Shown: one piece after another, positions 10,023-19,077 of the stretch
How positions within the stretch are numbered: position 1 is the first letter of the stretch
Layout of the letters: the number at the start of each line of letters is the position of its first letter
Origin: Bacteroidota bacterium
GTDB lineage: Bacteria; Bacteroidota; Ignavibacteria; Ignavibacteriales; SURF-24
Length of the DNA: 64,000 nt
NCBI GenBank assembly: GCA_050258935.1
Contig: JBLMZS010000013.1
Coordinates: forward strand, 141,190-205,189
Reading direction: 5' to 3'
Position numbers and translations under genes: made by a program
The notes under the pieces: generated by a model
Told to the model about the DNA's origin: nothing
Database searches by the model: none
The model's input: the letters and a program-made list of their open reading frames with translations, nothing else

Positions 10023-11888
10023 TCAGTATGATAACCCGAATCCATATTTGAAAAGCGGTTCATAGGTCTTATCACCAATGTTAACCGGTATCTGATCCAT
10101 TGATGCAGGCCATGAAAACGAGAGTTTTCCCGACGGTTTGTAATCCCCGAACAGAACATCTGCCACTCCCTGTCCTTCGCTTCCGGGCAGCCATGCAGCA
10201 ATTAGCGCGTCGCTGTTTTCAAGCACGTTCCCGAGTATCATCGGTCTGCCTGAGAGCAGTATCACAACGCACGGAATTCCTTTGGCTTTTATGGATTCTA
10301 TCAGCTGCCTGTCTTTCTGCGGGATACTGAGATCTTTTCTGTCGCCTTCCATTTCGGCGTATGGTTCTTCGCCAATTACGACTATGGCAGCATCAGTTTT
10401 TTCTGCAGAGGCGATATCTTCCGCATATTTTACTGTGGTCTTATTTGAGACAGTATTTTTTATTGCTGACAGTATGCTTGTACCCTGAACGGTGTTACCG
10501 CTTTTCCCCTGCCAGCTGATAGTCCAGCCTCCGCACTGCATCCCGAGATTATCGGCGCCGCTGCCGGCAATAAGCAGACTGCCCATGTTTTTCTTCAATG
10601 GCAGCAGTTTGTCCTGATTTTTCAGAAGCACAAGCGACTGACGTACACAGTCTCTTGCTATCTGACGGTGTTCGGCAGAACCGACTGAAGTAAGCAGCGA
10701 CCTGTCCGTATACGGATGTTCAAACAGTCCCATCTGAAGCTTTATTTTCAGTATCCTTCTGACAGCATCATCGATCCTGGATACGGGCACTTTTCCTGCG
10801 GCAACGAGTTCCTTCAGATATGTGACAAACTCTATATAGTTATTCGGAGTGCCTGCTGCGAAAGGTATCATCACCATATCAAGTCCGGCATTTATGGATT
10901 CCTCAATATCGCTTTTATAATCGCCTGGCAATTGGTCAATGGCAGCCCAGTCAGATACCAGGAATCCTTCAAAGCCCAGTTCCTTTTTCAGTAGGTCTGT
11001 CAGCAGGTATTTATTCCCGTGCATCTTTTTACCGTTCCAGCTGCTGAAAGAAACCATAATAGAACCGGTACCTGCCTTTATAGCTTCTATATAGCCGGGC
11101 AGATATATTTCACGGAGTGTTTTTTCATCGCACCGCGTGTCCCCCTGGTCTTTTCCATTTACCGTTCCGCCATCACCCAGGAAATGTTTTGCACATGAAA
11201 GCACTGAAGTTTTGCCGTCAAGCTTTCTCCCCTGAAGTCCTTTGACGGCAGAAGCTCCAAGCTCTTTCACCAATTCGGGTGATTCGCCGAAGCTTTCGTA
11301 GCTGCGGCCCCAGCGTTCATCGCGCACGACAGCAACACACGGAGCAAATGTCCAGTCAATTCCGGTGGCGGCTATTTCTCTGGCGGTGATCATTGAAGCT
11401 TTTTCGACCAGTTTAGGATTCCTGGTGCAGCCCAGTCCTATATTATGCGGAAATATGACTGCGCCGGTTACATTATTGTGGCCGTGTACAGCATCGATAC
11501 CGTATATCATAGGTATTTTCAGTCTAGTCTTCAGAGCATACGACTGATATTTATCGTATGCGTCGGCCCAGCCTTTCGCTGAAATATCTGCAATTTCGCT
11601 GTTGCCGCCGCTGAGCAGTGAACCTATATAATACTTTGCAATATCCTCAGGTGATTTTACAATTGCATTCTCATCGACCTGAGTCATCTGTCCTATTTTT
11701 TCTTCGAGCGTCATTCCTGCCAGTATTTTTTCCGCCTGCTTTTCAATTGCATTCCTGTCTTTTTTATTTCCGGCGTAGCTGTCCGCGGGCAGTGCGGTAA
11801 TCAGGCAGGCGGACATCAGCAGCAGTGAAGCAATCGCAGGAGAAAAGTCCAGTCTTCCCGTACGAAAACCGAAAGGAAATAATTTCAT
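10023..11888 (-). CDS. GH3 exo-beta-glucosidase/glucan exohydrolase (ExoI-like, two-domain)
   Basis: [18 protein letters not shown] and the nucleophile context [14 protein letters not shown]. Has an N-terminal signal/anchor. Confidence 0.9.
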   Translation of the reverse strand: MKLFPFGFRTGRLDFSPAIASLLLMSACLITALPADSYAGNKKDRNAIEKQAEKILAGMTLEEKIGQMTQVDENAIVKSPEDIAKYYIGSLLSGGNSEIADISAKGWADAYDKYQSYALKTRLKIPMIYGIDAVHGHNNVTGAVIFPHNIGLGCTRNPKLVEKASMITAREIAATGIDWTFAPCVAVVRDERWGRSYESFGESPELVKELGASAVKGLQGRKLDGKTSVLSCAKHFLGDGGTVNGKDQGDTRCDEKTLREIYLPGYIEAIKAGTGSIMVSFSSWNGKKMHGNKYLLTDLLKKELGFEGFLVSDWAAIDQLPGDYKSDIEESINAGLDMVMIPFAAGTPNNYIEFVTYLKELVAAGKVPVSRIDDAVRRILKIKLQMGLFEHPYTDRSLLTSVGSAEHRQIARDCVRQSLVLLKNQDKLLPLKKNMGSLLIAGSGADNLGMQCGGWTISWQGKSGNTVQGTSILSAIKNTVSNKTTVKYAEDIASAEKTDAAIVVIGEEPYAEMEGDRKDLSIPQKDRQLIESIKAKGIPCVVILLSGRPMILGNVLENSDALIAAWLPGSEGQGVADVLFGDYKPSGKLSFSWPASMDQIPVNIGDKTYEPLFKYGFGLSY

Positions 11889-11929
11889 AGTATATCCTGA
11901 TGATAATGAATCATTTGAGAATTATAGAT

Positions 11930-11977
11930 ATAAAAAGAAGCTAGATGCGGCGGAGCTGCTAGAGTGTGCCGCATCTA
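11930..11977 (-). terminator. Terminator after the PorV-like gene
   Basis: 10-bp stem TAGATGCGGC / GCCGCATCTA at 11942-11951 and 11968-11977. On the minus strand it is followed by GCTTCTTTTTAT. Confidence 0.6.
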
Positions 11978-12017
11978 TTTCACCCTTCTAAGGAGTAGAG
12001 AGTTAAAAAGTAATGAA

Positions 12018-13043
12018 CTAAAAAGTAATACCTACAGAGAATTTCTGTATTTCCTCGAGTCTGCCGAAATCCGCATAAGAATAGTCAAATTTAACTGCGA
12101 CGTTTCCGAGCAGCATCTGTTTCAGACCGATACCGAGAGTAAATGATTCCTCGGAATCATCGAGGAACAGCGATTTGTAGCCGCCGCGCAGGAAGACAAC
12201 ATCGCTGAATGAATACTCGGCGCCGACGTTTACGGATTCATAGTTGTCGCTCGGATGAAGGGCATCGACTGCAATTGCAAGTTTATGGTCTTCAGTGAAC
12301 TTAGCCGTATATCCCAGACCTACTCTGAACATAAGCGGCAGCGACCATTCATCTGTCTGGAGGTTTGCGGGAATGTTTCCGTTATTTCCTGAATTTTCCG
12401 GATCGCTGTCGTATATAACCACATTGGAATTTCCGGTCATCTGCATTTTTGTACCGAAGTTTGAAATTGACATAGCGAGAATAATACCTTCAAAAGGAGT
12501 GCGGTATTTAACACCCATATCTATTGCAAATGCGGTAGCGCTCATTTTCCAGATCGACTGATGTACAAATTTCGGATTAAAGCCTATGGCAAAATTGTCG
12601 GTAAGGTTTATTCCGTAGCCGATACTGAATACTGCATCGCTGGCGCTGAATATTTCACCTGTGCCCAGTGGTTCGTCTACAGTAGTAACATTCATATCGC
12701 CATAGCTAGAAGATGTAAAGCTCACACCTATCGTTCCCATACCGCCCAGTCCGTAAGTCGCTGCCACATAGTTGTAAGTAACATCGGAAATCCAGTTAGT
12801 ATGATCAAACACAACCGCGCCATCTTCCATGCTGGCAAGTCCTGCCGGATTCCAGTACATAGAGCTTGGGTCATCGGCAATGGCAACAAAGGCACTGCCC
12901 ATTGCCGTAGCCCTCGCACCCTGTCCTATCAGAAGAAACGGAGCGGCGGATGTACCTCTTTTGGACACATCAGTAACGATGCTCTGTGCATGTCCAACTG
13001 TCACAATAGTCAACAGTAATATCACTAAAAATTTATTTCTCAT
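12018..13043 (-). CDS. PorV/PorQ-like (FadL-superfamily) outer-membrane beta-barrel
   Basis: Has a signal peptide. N-terminal motif GARATAMGSAFVAIADDPSSMYWNPAGLA. Amphipathic strand pattern. C-terminal …FSVGITF. Confidence 0.65.
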   Translation of the reverse strand: MRNKFLVILLLTIVTVGHAQSIVTDVSKRGTSAAPFLLIGQGARATAMGSAFVAIADDPSSMYWNPAGLASMEDGAVVFDHTNWISDVTYNYVAATYGLGGMGTIGVSFTSSSYGDMNVTTVDEPLGTGEIFSASDAVFSIGYGINLTDNFAIGFNPKFVHQSIWKMSATAFAIDMGVKYRTPFEGIILAMSISNFGTKMQMTGNSNVVIYDSDPENSGNNGNIPANLQTDEWSLPLMFRVGLGYTAKFTEDHKLAIAVDALHPSDNYESVNVGAEYSFSDVVFLRGGYKSLFLDDSEESFTLGIGLKQMLLGNVAVKFDYSYADFGRLEEIQKFSVGITF

Positions 13044-13057
13044 TTTTCCTATCTCCG

Positions 13058-16000
13058 TTATTTAATTACTGCAAATTTGCCGATATAAGTACCTATTCCC
13101 GGAGCGTCGACGTGATAGAAATAAACACCGTAGGCTATTTCCATTCCATCTTCTGAAACCAGGTTCCATGATATGGATCCGTCAGAAGGAGAGGAATCCT
13201 TTTCGAGCGTCTTAACCAGCGAACCGGCCATGTTATATATTCTGACCGTACATTTTGCAGGCAGGTTGATAATATCTATCTTACGTTCACCTCTGTCGTT
13301 AGTATTCAGAGTCCTCCTTTCCCATGAAGCCGCTCCGAGGTAAGGATTAGGTACGACGCTGATCTTTGACAATTCAGTTTTTGCCATTGAATTGTCGACC
13401 GACATAGCCTTAGGAGTAAATGTGAAATAGTCACCTGTTTTGAACTGTTTTGAAGTCTTTATCTCATACTTATCGCCGCCTGCAGGCATAACCGGATTTG
13501 CAAGAGGATCATCGGGAGCAGAATACAGAACTCTCCAGGCTATTCTTGAATTGCTTACAGACTGGCTGCCGACGAACTCAAGTATCTGAATCTCATCACC
13601 TATTGTAAGTGAGCCGGACAGGTCGTAATCCTTTGTAGCAAATTTGGAACGCTTGCCGGTAGTCTTATTGGTTATAGTGAAGTTAACCGGGAATTTTTTG
13701 TATCCCTGCGCAGCCGCTTCTATAAATGAAGTATCTGCCGGAGCGTCAGTAAACTGTATTTCATAATCTGACGGCCATGAAATTCCGCGGCTGGATGTTT
13801 CGGGCAGAACGTGTATGCCTAAGTTACTCTTGCTTGACAGCCATCCGGTTGCAGTATCTATCACTGCAATAGCAGTATCATTTTTCACAGACATTGTAAG
13901 TCCGTCAAACGGCGGGCTGTACTTGTCAACTCCAATGAATGATGTATCGAGTGCTGCCTGAAGAGTATCGGTAACTCCGTTCAGTATTCTTAGAATGGAG
14001 TAAGATGTAGTTTTGTATTTCGGTACATCACCGGCAGAAGTGAACTGGATCTTGTAGCTTGCACCAGCCTTTATAGCATCCGGGTTCAGTACGAAAACAT
14101 TCAGACCGCCGGTTCCGATACCCTGTGCGCTGTTAAGGTCACCTGTAATTTCGGGAGCCTTGTAGCCGGCCACCGGAGCGTTCGGAGTAATGACGGCGCA
14201 GTTAATGTCTACGAACTGCACGTTTCCGGCATAATCTTCAGAAATAATTTTAGTACATTCAGAAGGCTGGAGACCTTTAGTACCGTAACTCGGGTCACCC
14301 ATATCGTATGAAACGAGAGCATAGTAATAGCGCTGACCGTTCTTAACATCAGTATCGACGTAAGAATGCGATAGTCCCCTGTCGTCACCTCTCCAGAAGC
14401 TGGCGCCATTGATGCCAACCGGATCGGGACCGGTGATTTTATCTATCTTATCAAACTGAGCAATGGGTTTCCAGTATTTGGCTGCACCCTTTGAATCTGT
14501 AATAGTCTTGATATCATTGAATTCAGCTTCAGTACTTCTGTAAACGAGATATCCTTCAAAATCCTTCTTGTAGCCCTTAGTCATATCTCCGCCTTCAAAT
14601 CCTAAGAACGGATCGCGCGATTCTTCTGCAATTGAATCCCAGTAAAGGAATACTTTTCCATCACCCGGGACTGCAGTAAGAGTAGGCTTATAAGGTGGTT
14701 TTGAGAAGTTGTAGTTCGCATTGTAGATCTGCTGAACTGTTTCTTTATTGAACTTTATGTCGTCCAGATTATCTCCGAACAACAGAGCCATAGAGAATCT
14801 TTCTCTTTTCCCTTCGTTCAGCGGGAAACTTCCCGAGGCAAATACCATACTGATATTTGATTTCTGAAGAGATGTATCGAATTTGGTAGAACTCATTCTC
14901 TGCCACATAGCTTCGTCATCCTTCGGCCATCCGCCGCCAGTTCCGCCCTGGCCCAGTCTGTAAATAGAAACCGAAGTAAGGCCTATCTGATCAGATTCAT
15001 CCTTGTCAGTCTTATCGAAGTTAGGCTCGCCTGCAGTAGGAATTCCGTCACCTTCGCCAGGATCAGGACCGAGGTACTGAGGGTCAAAAGGACCAACGCC
15101 ATCTTCACCGACATCATCGTTGAGCGGTTCGTTCAGTTTTGAGTCCCATTTACCGTTACCATTTATATCGACATAACTTTTCCAGTCTTTATCGTTGTCG
15201 ATACCGTCATCGCGTTTTTCATCTACAATACCGTCCTCGTCATCATCCATTCCGTTTGTTGAATTTCCCGGACTTTCGAGGTATGCATATCCGTAGTAAC
15301 CAGTTTTCCAGTCATTCGGCACTCCCTTGCCGTTTGAGTCATAACAGTATGCAAGGTCGATTTTTTTATCGAAGCTGGCGTTATCATCTTCCGAGTCATC
15401 CTTTCCGCCCACACCGCAATCGGTATAGAAGCCGAAATAGGTATTCGGATACGGGTTATCGGAAATATTCACTATATCATAGTGCCAGAAAATGATATCC
15501 TCAGCCAGCACGTGCGACCACTGAAAGCCGCGTACTTCCACTCTGAGTCCGAGTCCGCCTCTGGAGGAATCGGAAGCCAGCGGGTAGTATTTATATGCAG
15601 GCTGCTGCCATTCTCCGTCCTTAGAATCGTCCATGACGAAAAATGTTTCGAAATCGGAGTTGTTGACTCCGCGGCCGAAGTATCCGTACCAGTAGCCGTT
15701 CCATTCTGAGGAAAGACCGAGAGCGGATGGCCATGTTGCAGGCCAGCTGTTTTTATTGGTATTCAGCGCCATATTTTCAGAGCTCTCATTGAAGTATCCA
15801 GGGACAGGTTCCAACCCCCAAATGGTACCTGTCTTCAGATCCTTATCCATCCATTCCCTGTAGGATGTCTCTAACGGGTGCTCTTTTTTGCCGGTTGCCG
15901 GAGCAGTAATCTCTGTGGTTACCAATACAGCAACACCGTCCAGGTACGAATGGCCGGAACCCTTTGGCCATTCACCCGAAGGCATATACGGCCACTGTCC

Positions 16001-16234
16001 TACTTCGCCGTTGTTGTAATACAGGGTTCTGACCAGGTTACCATCCATGACTCCTTCCCTGCGGTAGCGGACATCACCTTTCAGGTCATCCCTGTATTTC
16101 TGAATCTGAGGATCGACTACCTGCCCGTATAATGAAGGGCAGACGACCAGCAGCAGAAGCCAGAGTTTTTTCATATAAGATTTATTTGTATTCAATTTTT
16201 TAAGCATTATATTTCCTCCGGTATAGAAAAACAT
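13058..16234 (-). CDS. Large secreted protein of unknown function with Ca-binding acidic loops and a T9SS/FlgD-Ig-like C-terminal domain
   Basis: The annotated ATG overlaps the receptor stop (TAATG, 16232-16236). A more likely start is M21 at nt 16174, giving the signal peptide MKKLWLLLLVVCPSLYG. DxDxDG-type loops DDDEDGIVDE, DINGNGKWD and DDVGEDG lie at nt 14984-15253. The C-terminus reads …VVPNPYLGAASWE…YGVYFYHVDAPGIGTYIGKFAVIK. Confidence 0.8.
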   Translation of the reverse strand: MFFYTGGNIMLKKLNTNKSYMKKLWLLLLVVCPSLYGQVVDPQIQKYRDDLKGDVRYRREGVMDGNLVRTLYYNNGEVGQWPYMPSGEWPKGSGHSYLDGVAVLVTTEITAPATGKKEHPLETSYREWMDKDLKTGTIWGLEPVPGYFNESSENMALNTNKNSWPATWPSALGLSSEWNGYWYGYFGRGVNNSDFETFFVMDDSKDGEWQQPAYKYYPLASDSSRGGLGLRVEVRGFQWSHVLAEDIIFWHYDIVNISDNPYPNTYFGFYTDCGVGGKDDSEDDNASFDKKIDLAYCYDSNGKGVPNDWKTGYYGYAYLESPGNSTNGMDDDEDGIVDEKRDDGIDNDKDWKSYVDINGNGKWDSKLNEPLNDDVGEDGVGPFDPQYLGPDPGEGDGIPTAGEPNFDKTDKDESDQIGLTSVSIYRLGQGGTGGGWPKDDEAMWQRMSSTKFDTSLQKSNISMVFASGSFPLNEGKRERFSMALLFGDNLDDIKFNKETVQQIYNANYNFSKPPYKPTLTAVPGDGKVFLYWDSIAEESRDPFLGFEGGDMTKGYKKDFEGYLVYRSTEAEFNDIKTITDSKGAAKYWKPIAQFDKIDKITGPDPVGINGASFWRGDDRGLSHSYVDTDVKNGQRYYYALVSYDMGDPSYGTKGLQPSECTKIISEDYAGNVQFVDINCAVITPNAPVAGYKAPEITGDLNSAQGIGTGGLNVFVLNPDAIKAGASYKIQFTSAGDVPKYKTTSYSILRILNGVTDTLQAALDTSFIGVDKYSPPFDGLTMSVKNDTAIAVIDTATGWLSSKSNLGIHVLPETSSRGISWPSDYEIQFTDAPADTSFIEAAAQGYKKFPVNFTITNKTTGKRSKFATKDYDLSGSLTIGDEIQILEFVGSQSVSNSRIAWRVLYSAPDDPLANPVMPAGGDKYEIKTSKQFKTGDYFTFTPKAMSVDNSMAKTELSKISVVPNPYLGAASWERRTLNTNDRGERKIDIINLPAKCTVRIYNMAGSLVKTLEKDSSPSDGSISWNLVSEDGMEIAYGVYFYHVDAPGIGTYIGKFAVIK

Positions 16235-19011
16235 TAAAATCCAAATCCGAAACCAAGTCTGATCTCTCTCGGCGAGGAATACATGCTGGGATTTGAAGTA
16301 TATTCAGAAATTGTATTCATCCCGATAATATCCCCGGCATATTTAGTATTGAGATCTCTGTTGGCGCGTCCTGTTGTAGAATAAACACCATTTTCATTTT
16401 TTATATCGAGCAGGTTATAGACCAGCAGGAATGTATTCAGATTAACTCCGTAAATGTTGAATGTTTTCTCTGCACGGAAGTCTACATTATATGTCGCCGG
16501 TTTAATTCCGCCGTTCTGGAATCTTATACCGTTTGAGACCTTGATATCTTCGGTATATGGGAAGCCTGATCCATACTGGAATACTATGCCGGTCGTCCAG
16601 TCGCCCGGTTCACCCACCGTAAGTTCAAGGTTGAGTGTATTTCTCTGATCCCAGTCGAGGGGCAGCACTTTCTTTGTTTCAGGAATCGGGGGATCTGTCT
16701 GGTTGTTGTTGAAAACGGACATAGGATCAGATGCATTGCCTTCTGCGATCTGATATGTATAATCCACCTTGGCGCTGAAGTAGTCGGCAAATCTCTTTTC
16801 GAGGGTAACTATAAAACCTCTTACGTTACCATAGTCCCTGTTGATATACCTGGCGTATTTGAAACCTTCATATGTGTTGATGATTTCCATACCAAGAAGA
16901 TTTCTGATATCACGGTAGTAGGCAGTAAAGTTAAGAACGACGTTCGGGAACAATACCTGCTGAAGACCGATTTCATACATTACAGTTTTCTGCGGTTTCA
17001 GATCGGGATTACCGGTGATATATGAAAGCGATTCACCCGGATTAACTATGAAATCAGGGTTTGTATACAGGTTTTCATAATTCGGTATCTGGAAGAAGTG
17101 TCCGTAGGAAAATCTGATGATACCTTCATCGGTGATCGGGAACGAAGCTCCGAGTCTTGGGCTTATCTGAAATTTCGGATCAACTTTTCTCATCACTCCT
17201 GCATTGGGGAAATCGGGATTTCTTCTGGGATTCCTGAGATCTGCAAGCAGTTCTGAATTCGGATCGAAATAATCGAGCCTGATACCGGCATTTATGATCA
17301 TGATATCATATTCCATTTTATCCTGGATGTATGCCGAAAATTCGCGGGGCGTTTTGTTATAAAGTATATTTGAACCCTGGTCGGTCATAGTGCCCTGATC
17401 AGGATAGCCAGGTGTAAATATTACCTTGCCCGTCAGAGTGTCGACCTGCCCGTCTGTCAGATTTACGAGATCCAGATTGTGCTGAAACATCTTGTGGAGC
17501 CTGGCTTCTGCACCCATGCCGATCTTGTGTTCCTTGGTTATCTGTGAAGCAAGTGTCCACTGAATAATTTTTGTAATAGTTGTTCTGTAATATCTTCCGC
17601 CCTGATTGCCGCCTGACCTGAACACATAGTTTGTAAGGGCGACACCCTGGCGGGGACTTACGTATCTCTGGTCGAACATATCCTCATAAAGATAACCTTC
17701 ATAGTTATGTTCATTATATGAGAACTTAAGGCTCTGATAAGTGTTGGAACTGGGATAGTGGAAAATCTGAAAACTGTGGATGGCATTTTTCCTGTAATGA
17801 TTCATTATACCATCAGGAGTCCATGAATAGCCATGATCGTAGTATTTATTATAATTATCGTCCCACATCAGGCCGTATGTAAATTTAAGATAAGGAGTTG
17901 AATAACTGATCTTTCCATTTACGGAATATTTTCTGTCCGGATTCATAGGTACGTATGAGCTGTCGCCGGTATGGATATAATAATAAACATTGTCTCCAAA
18001 GGGCAGTTTGACCGGAGCGTCGTCATTTACGCTGTAGATCCTCCTGCCATAAAGGTGCCCCTTGTTATCATAATATCTGCCGGATACAAAATAAGTCAGA
18101 TTTTTTACGATAGGTCCGCTGAAACTGAACTGAAAATTTTTCGTAGCTATATTGTCAAGCTTGTCGAGGTTTTTGAAAAGATCGTCGTGTGTTGTAAAAT
18201 AGTTTCCGATATATCCCGAAGCTGTTCCCTCAAATTTTGCAGACCCCTCCTGAGTAACTATGTTTACTATACCAGACATAGCCTGTCCGTATTCAGCGTT
18301 GAAAGTACCGCTAATAACTTCCATCTGGCGAATCGAGTTATTATCCACCTCAAGGCTCATGCCGCCGTTATAAGCATCTGTAACGGACACTCCGTCGATC
18401 AGATATGCAACCTCGTTGGAACGTCCGCCGCGGAAGTGTCCGCCAACGACACCAGCCTGAAGGTTGATCACCTGGCCGACATCCTCAACCGGCATCATCT
18501 TCATATCCGAAGCGGAAATGGTGGCTGATGTGGATGTAAGATCCTTCTGAACCAGTGGTCTGTCTGCCTTTACAACGACTTCCTGCCCCAGTGTAAGCGT
18601 TGTCGACTTTATCTGTATATCTATTCGAGTAGTTAAATCTATTTTAACTAAAACATCTTCAACGGTCACTTTTGAATAGCCGACGGCACTGGCAATAATC
18701 TTATGAGTGCCGGGCTGAATGTTGCTAATACTATAATATCCATCTATATCCGTTGCGGCACCCAGGTAGGTACCTTCAACTATAACATTCACACCAAATA
18801 CCGGTTGTCCTGTTTCATCGGTCACTTTACCTGTAATCTTTCCAGTGGTTCCGGCAAATACTGCTCCGGAGGCCAGCACGGAAATTATGAACATGAGCAG
18901 GTACTGTTTTGCATTCGCAAATCTTATAGTAAACCGCTCCATGTTAGTGTTTTTTTCAGCAGAGGTTTCCAAATCCAAAGCCTCCTTATATTGTATATTC
19001 AGCATATTCAC
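16234..19011 (-). CDS. TonB-dependent outer-membrane receptor with an N-terminal CarboxypepD_reg-like domain
   Basis: The probable true start is M24 (MERFTIRF…, nt 18942), giving the signal peptide …ASGAVFA. Contains GKITGKVTDETGQPVFGVNVIVEGT, a plug and a long barrel. C-terminal …REIRLGFGFGF. Confidence 0.9.
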   Translation of the reverse strand: MNMLNIQYKEALDLETSAEKNTNMERFTIRFANAKQYLLMFIISVLASGAVFAGTTGKITGKVTDETGQPVFGVNVIVEGTYLGAATDIDGYYSISNIQPGTHKIIASAVGYSKVTVEDVLVKIDLTTRIDIQIKSTTLTLGQEVVVKADRPLVQKDLTSTSATISASDMKMMPVEDVGQVINLQAGVVGGHFRGGRSNEVAYLIDGVSVTDAYNGGMSLEVDNNSIRQMEVISGTFNAEYGQAMSGIVNIVTQEGSAKFEGTASGYIGNYFTTHDDLFKNLDKLDNIATKNFQFSFSGPIVKNLTYFVSGRYYDNKGHLYGRRIYSVNDDAPVKLPFGDNVYYYIHTGDSSYVPMNPDRKYSVNGKISYSTPYLKFTYGLMWDDNYNKYYDHGYSWTPDGIMNHYRKNAIHSFQIFHYPSSNTYQSLKFSYNEHNYEGYLYEDMFDQRYVSPRQGVALTNYVFRSGGNQGGRYYRTTITKIIQWTLASQITKEHKIGMGAEARLHKMFQHNLDLVNLTDGQVDTLTGKVIFTPGYPDQGTMTDQGSNILYNKTPREFSAYIQDKMEYDIMIINAGIRLDYFDPNSELLADLRNPRRNPDFPNAGVMRKVDPKFQISPRLGASFPITDEGIIRFSYGHFFQIPNYENLYTNPDFIVNPGESLSYITGNPDLKPQKTVMYEIGLQQVLFPNVVLNFTAYYRDIRNLLGMEIINTYEGFKYARYINRDYGNVRGFIVTLEKRFADYFSAKVDYTYQIAEGNASDPMSVFNNNQTDPPIPETKKVLPLDWDQRNTLNLELTVGEPGDWTTGIVFQYGSGFPYTEDIKVSNGIRFQNGGIKPATYNVDFRAEKTFNIYGVNLNTFLLVYNLLDIKNENGVYSTTGRANRDLNTKYAGDIIGMNTISEYTSNPSMYSSPREIRLGFGFGF

Positions 19012-19037
19012 AGTCTCATTATCTTTAAGGATTAGAA

Positions 19038-19068
19038 CAGGATATCTCCCGGTTCGGGAGATATCCTG
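19038..19068 (-). promoter_or_regulatory. Intercistronic stem-loop between the surface-protein gene and the TonB receptor gene; possibly an attenuator or processing site
   Basis: 14-bp perfect stem CAGGATATCTCCCG / CGGGAGATATCCTG with a 3-nt loop. On the minus strand only a weak T tract (TTCTAATCC) follows. Confidence 0.4.
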
Positions 19069-19077
19069 GAATGTGTA

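Noticed and set aside
17971-18528. 185-codon antisense ORF inside the TonB receptor gene. Similar antisense ORFs lie at 9253-9771, 12561-13019, 31692-32231 and 59091-59573.
   Set aside because: All are nested opposite strongly supported genes. None has a recognisable motif or an RBS, and their composition is that of shadow ORFs.
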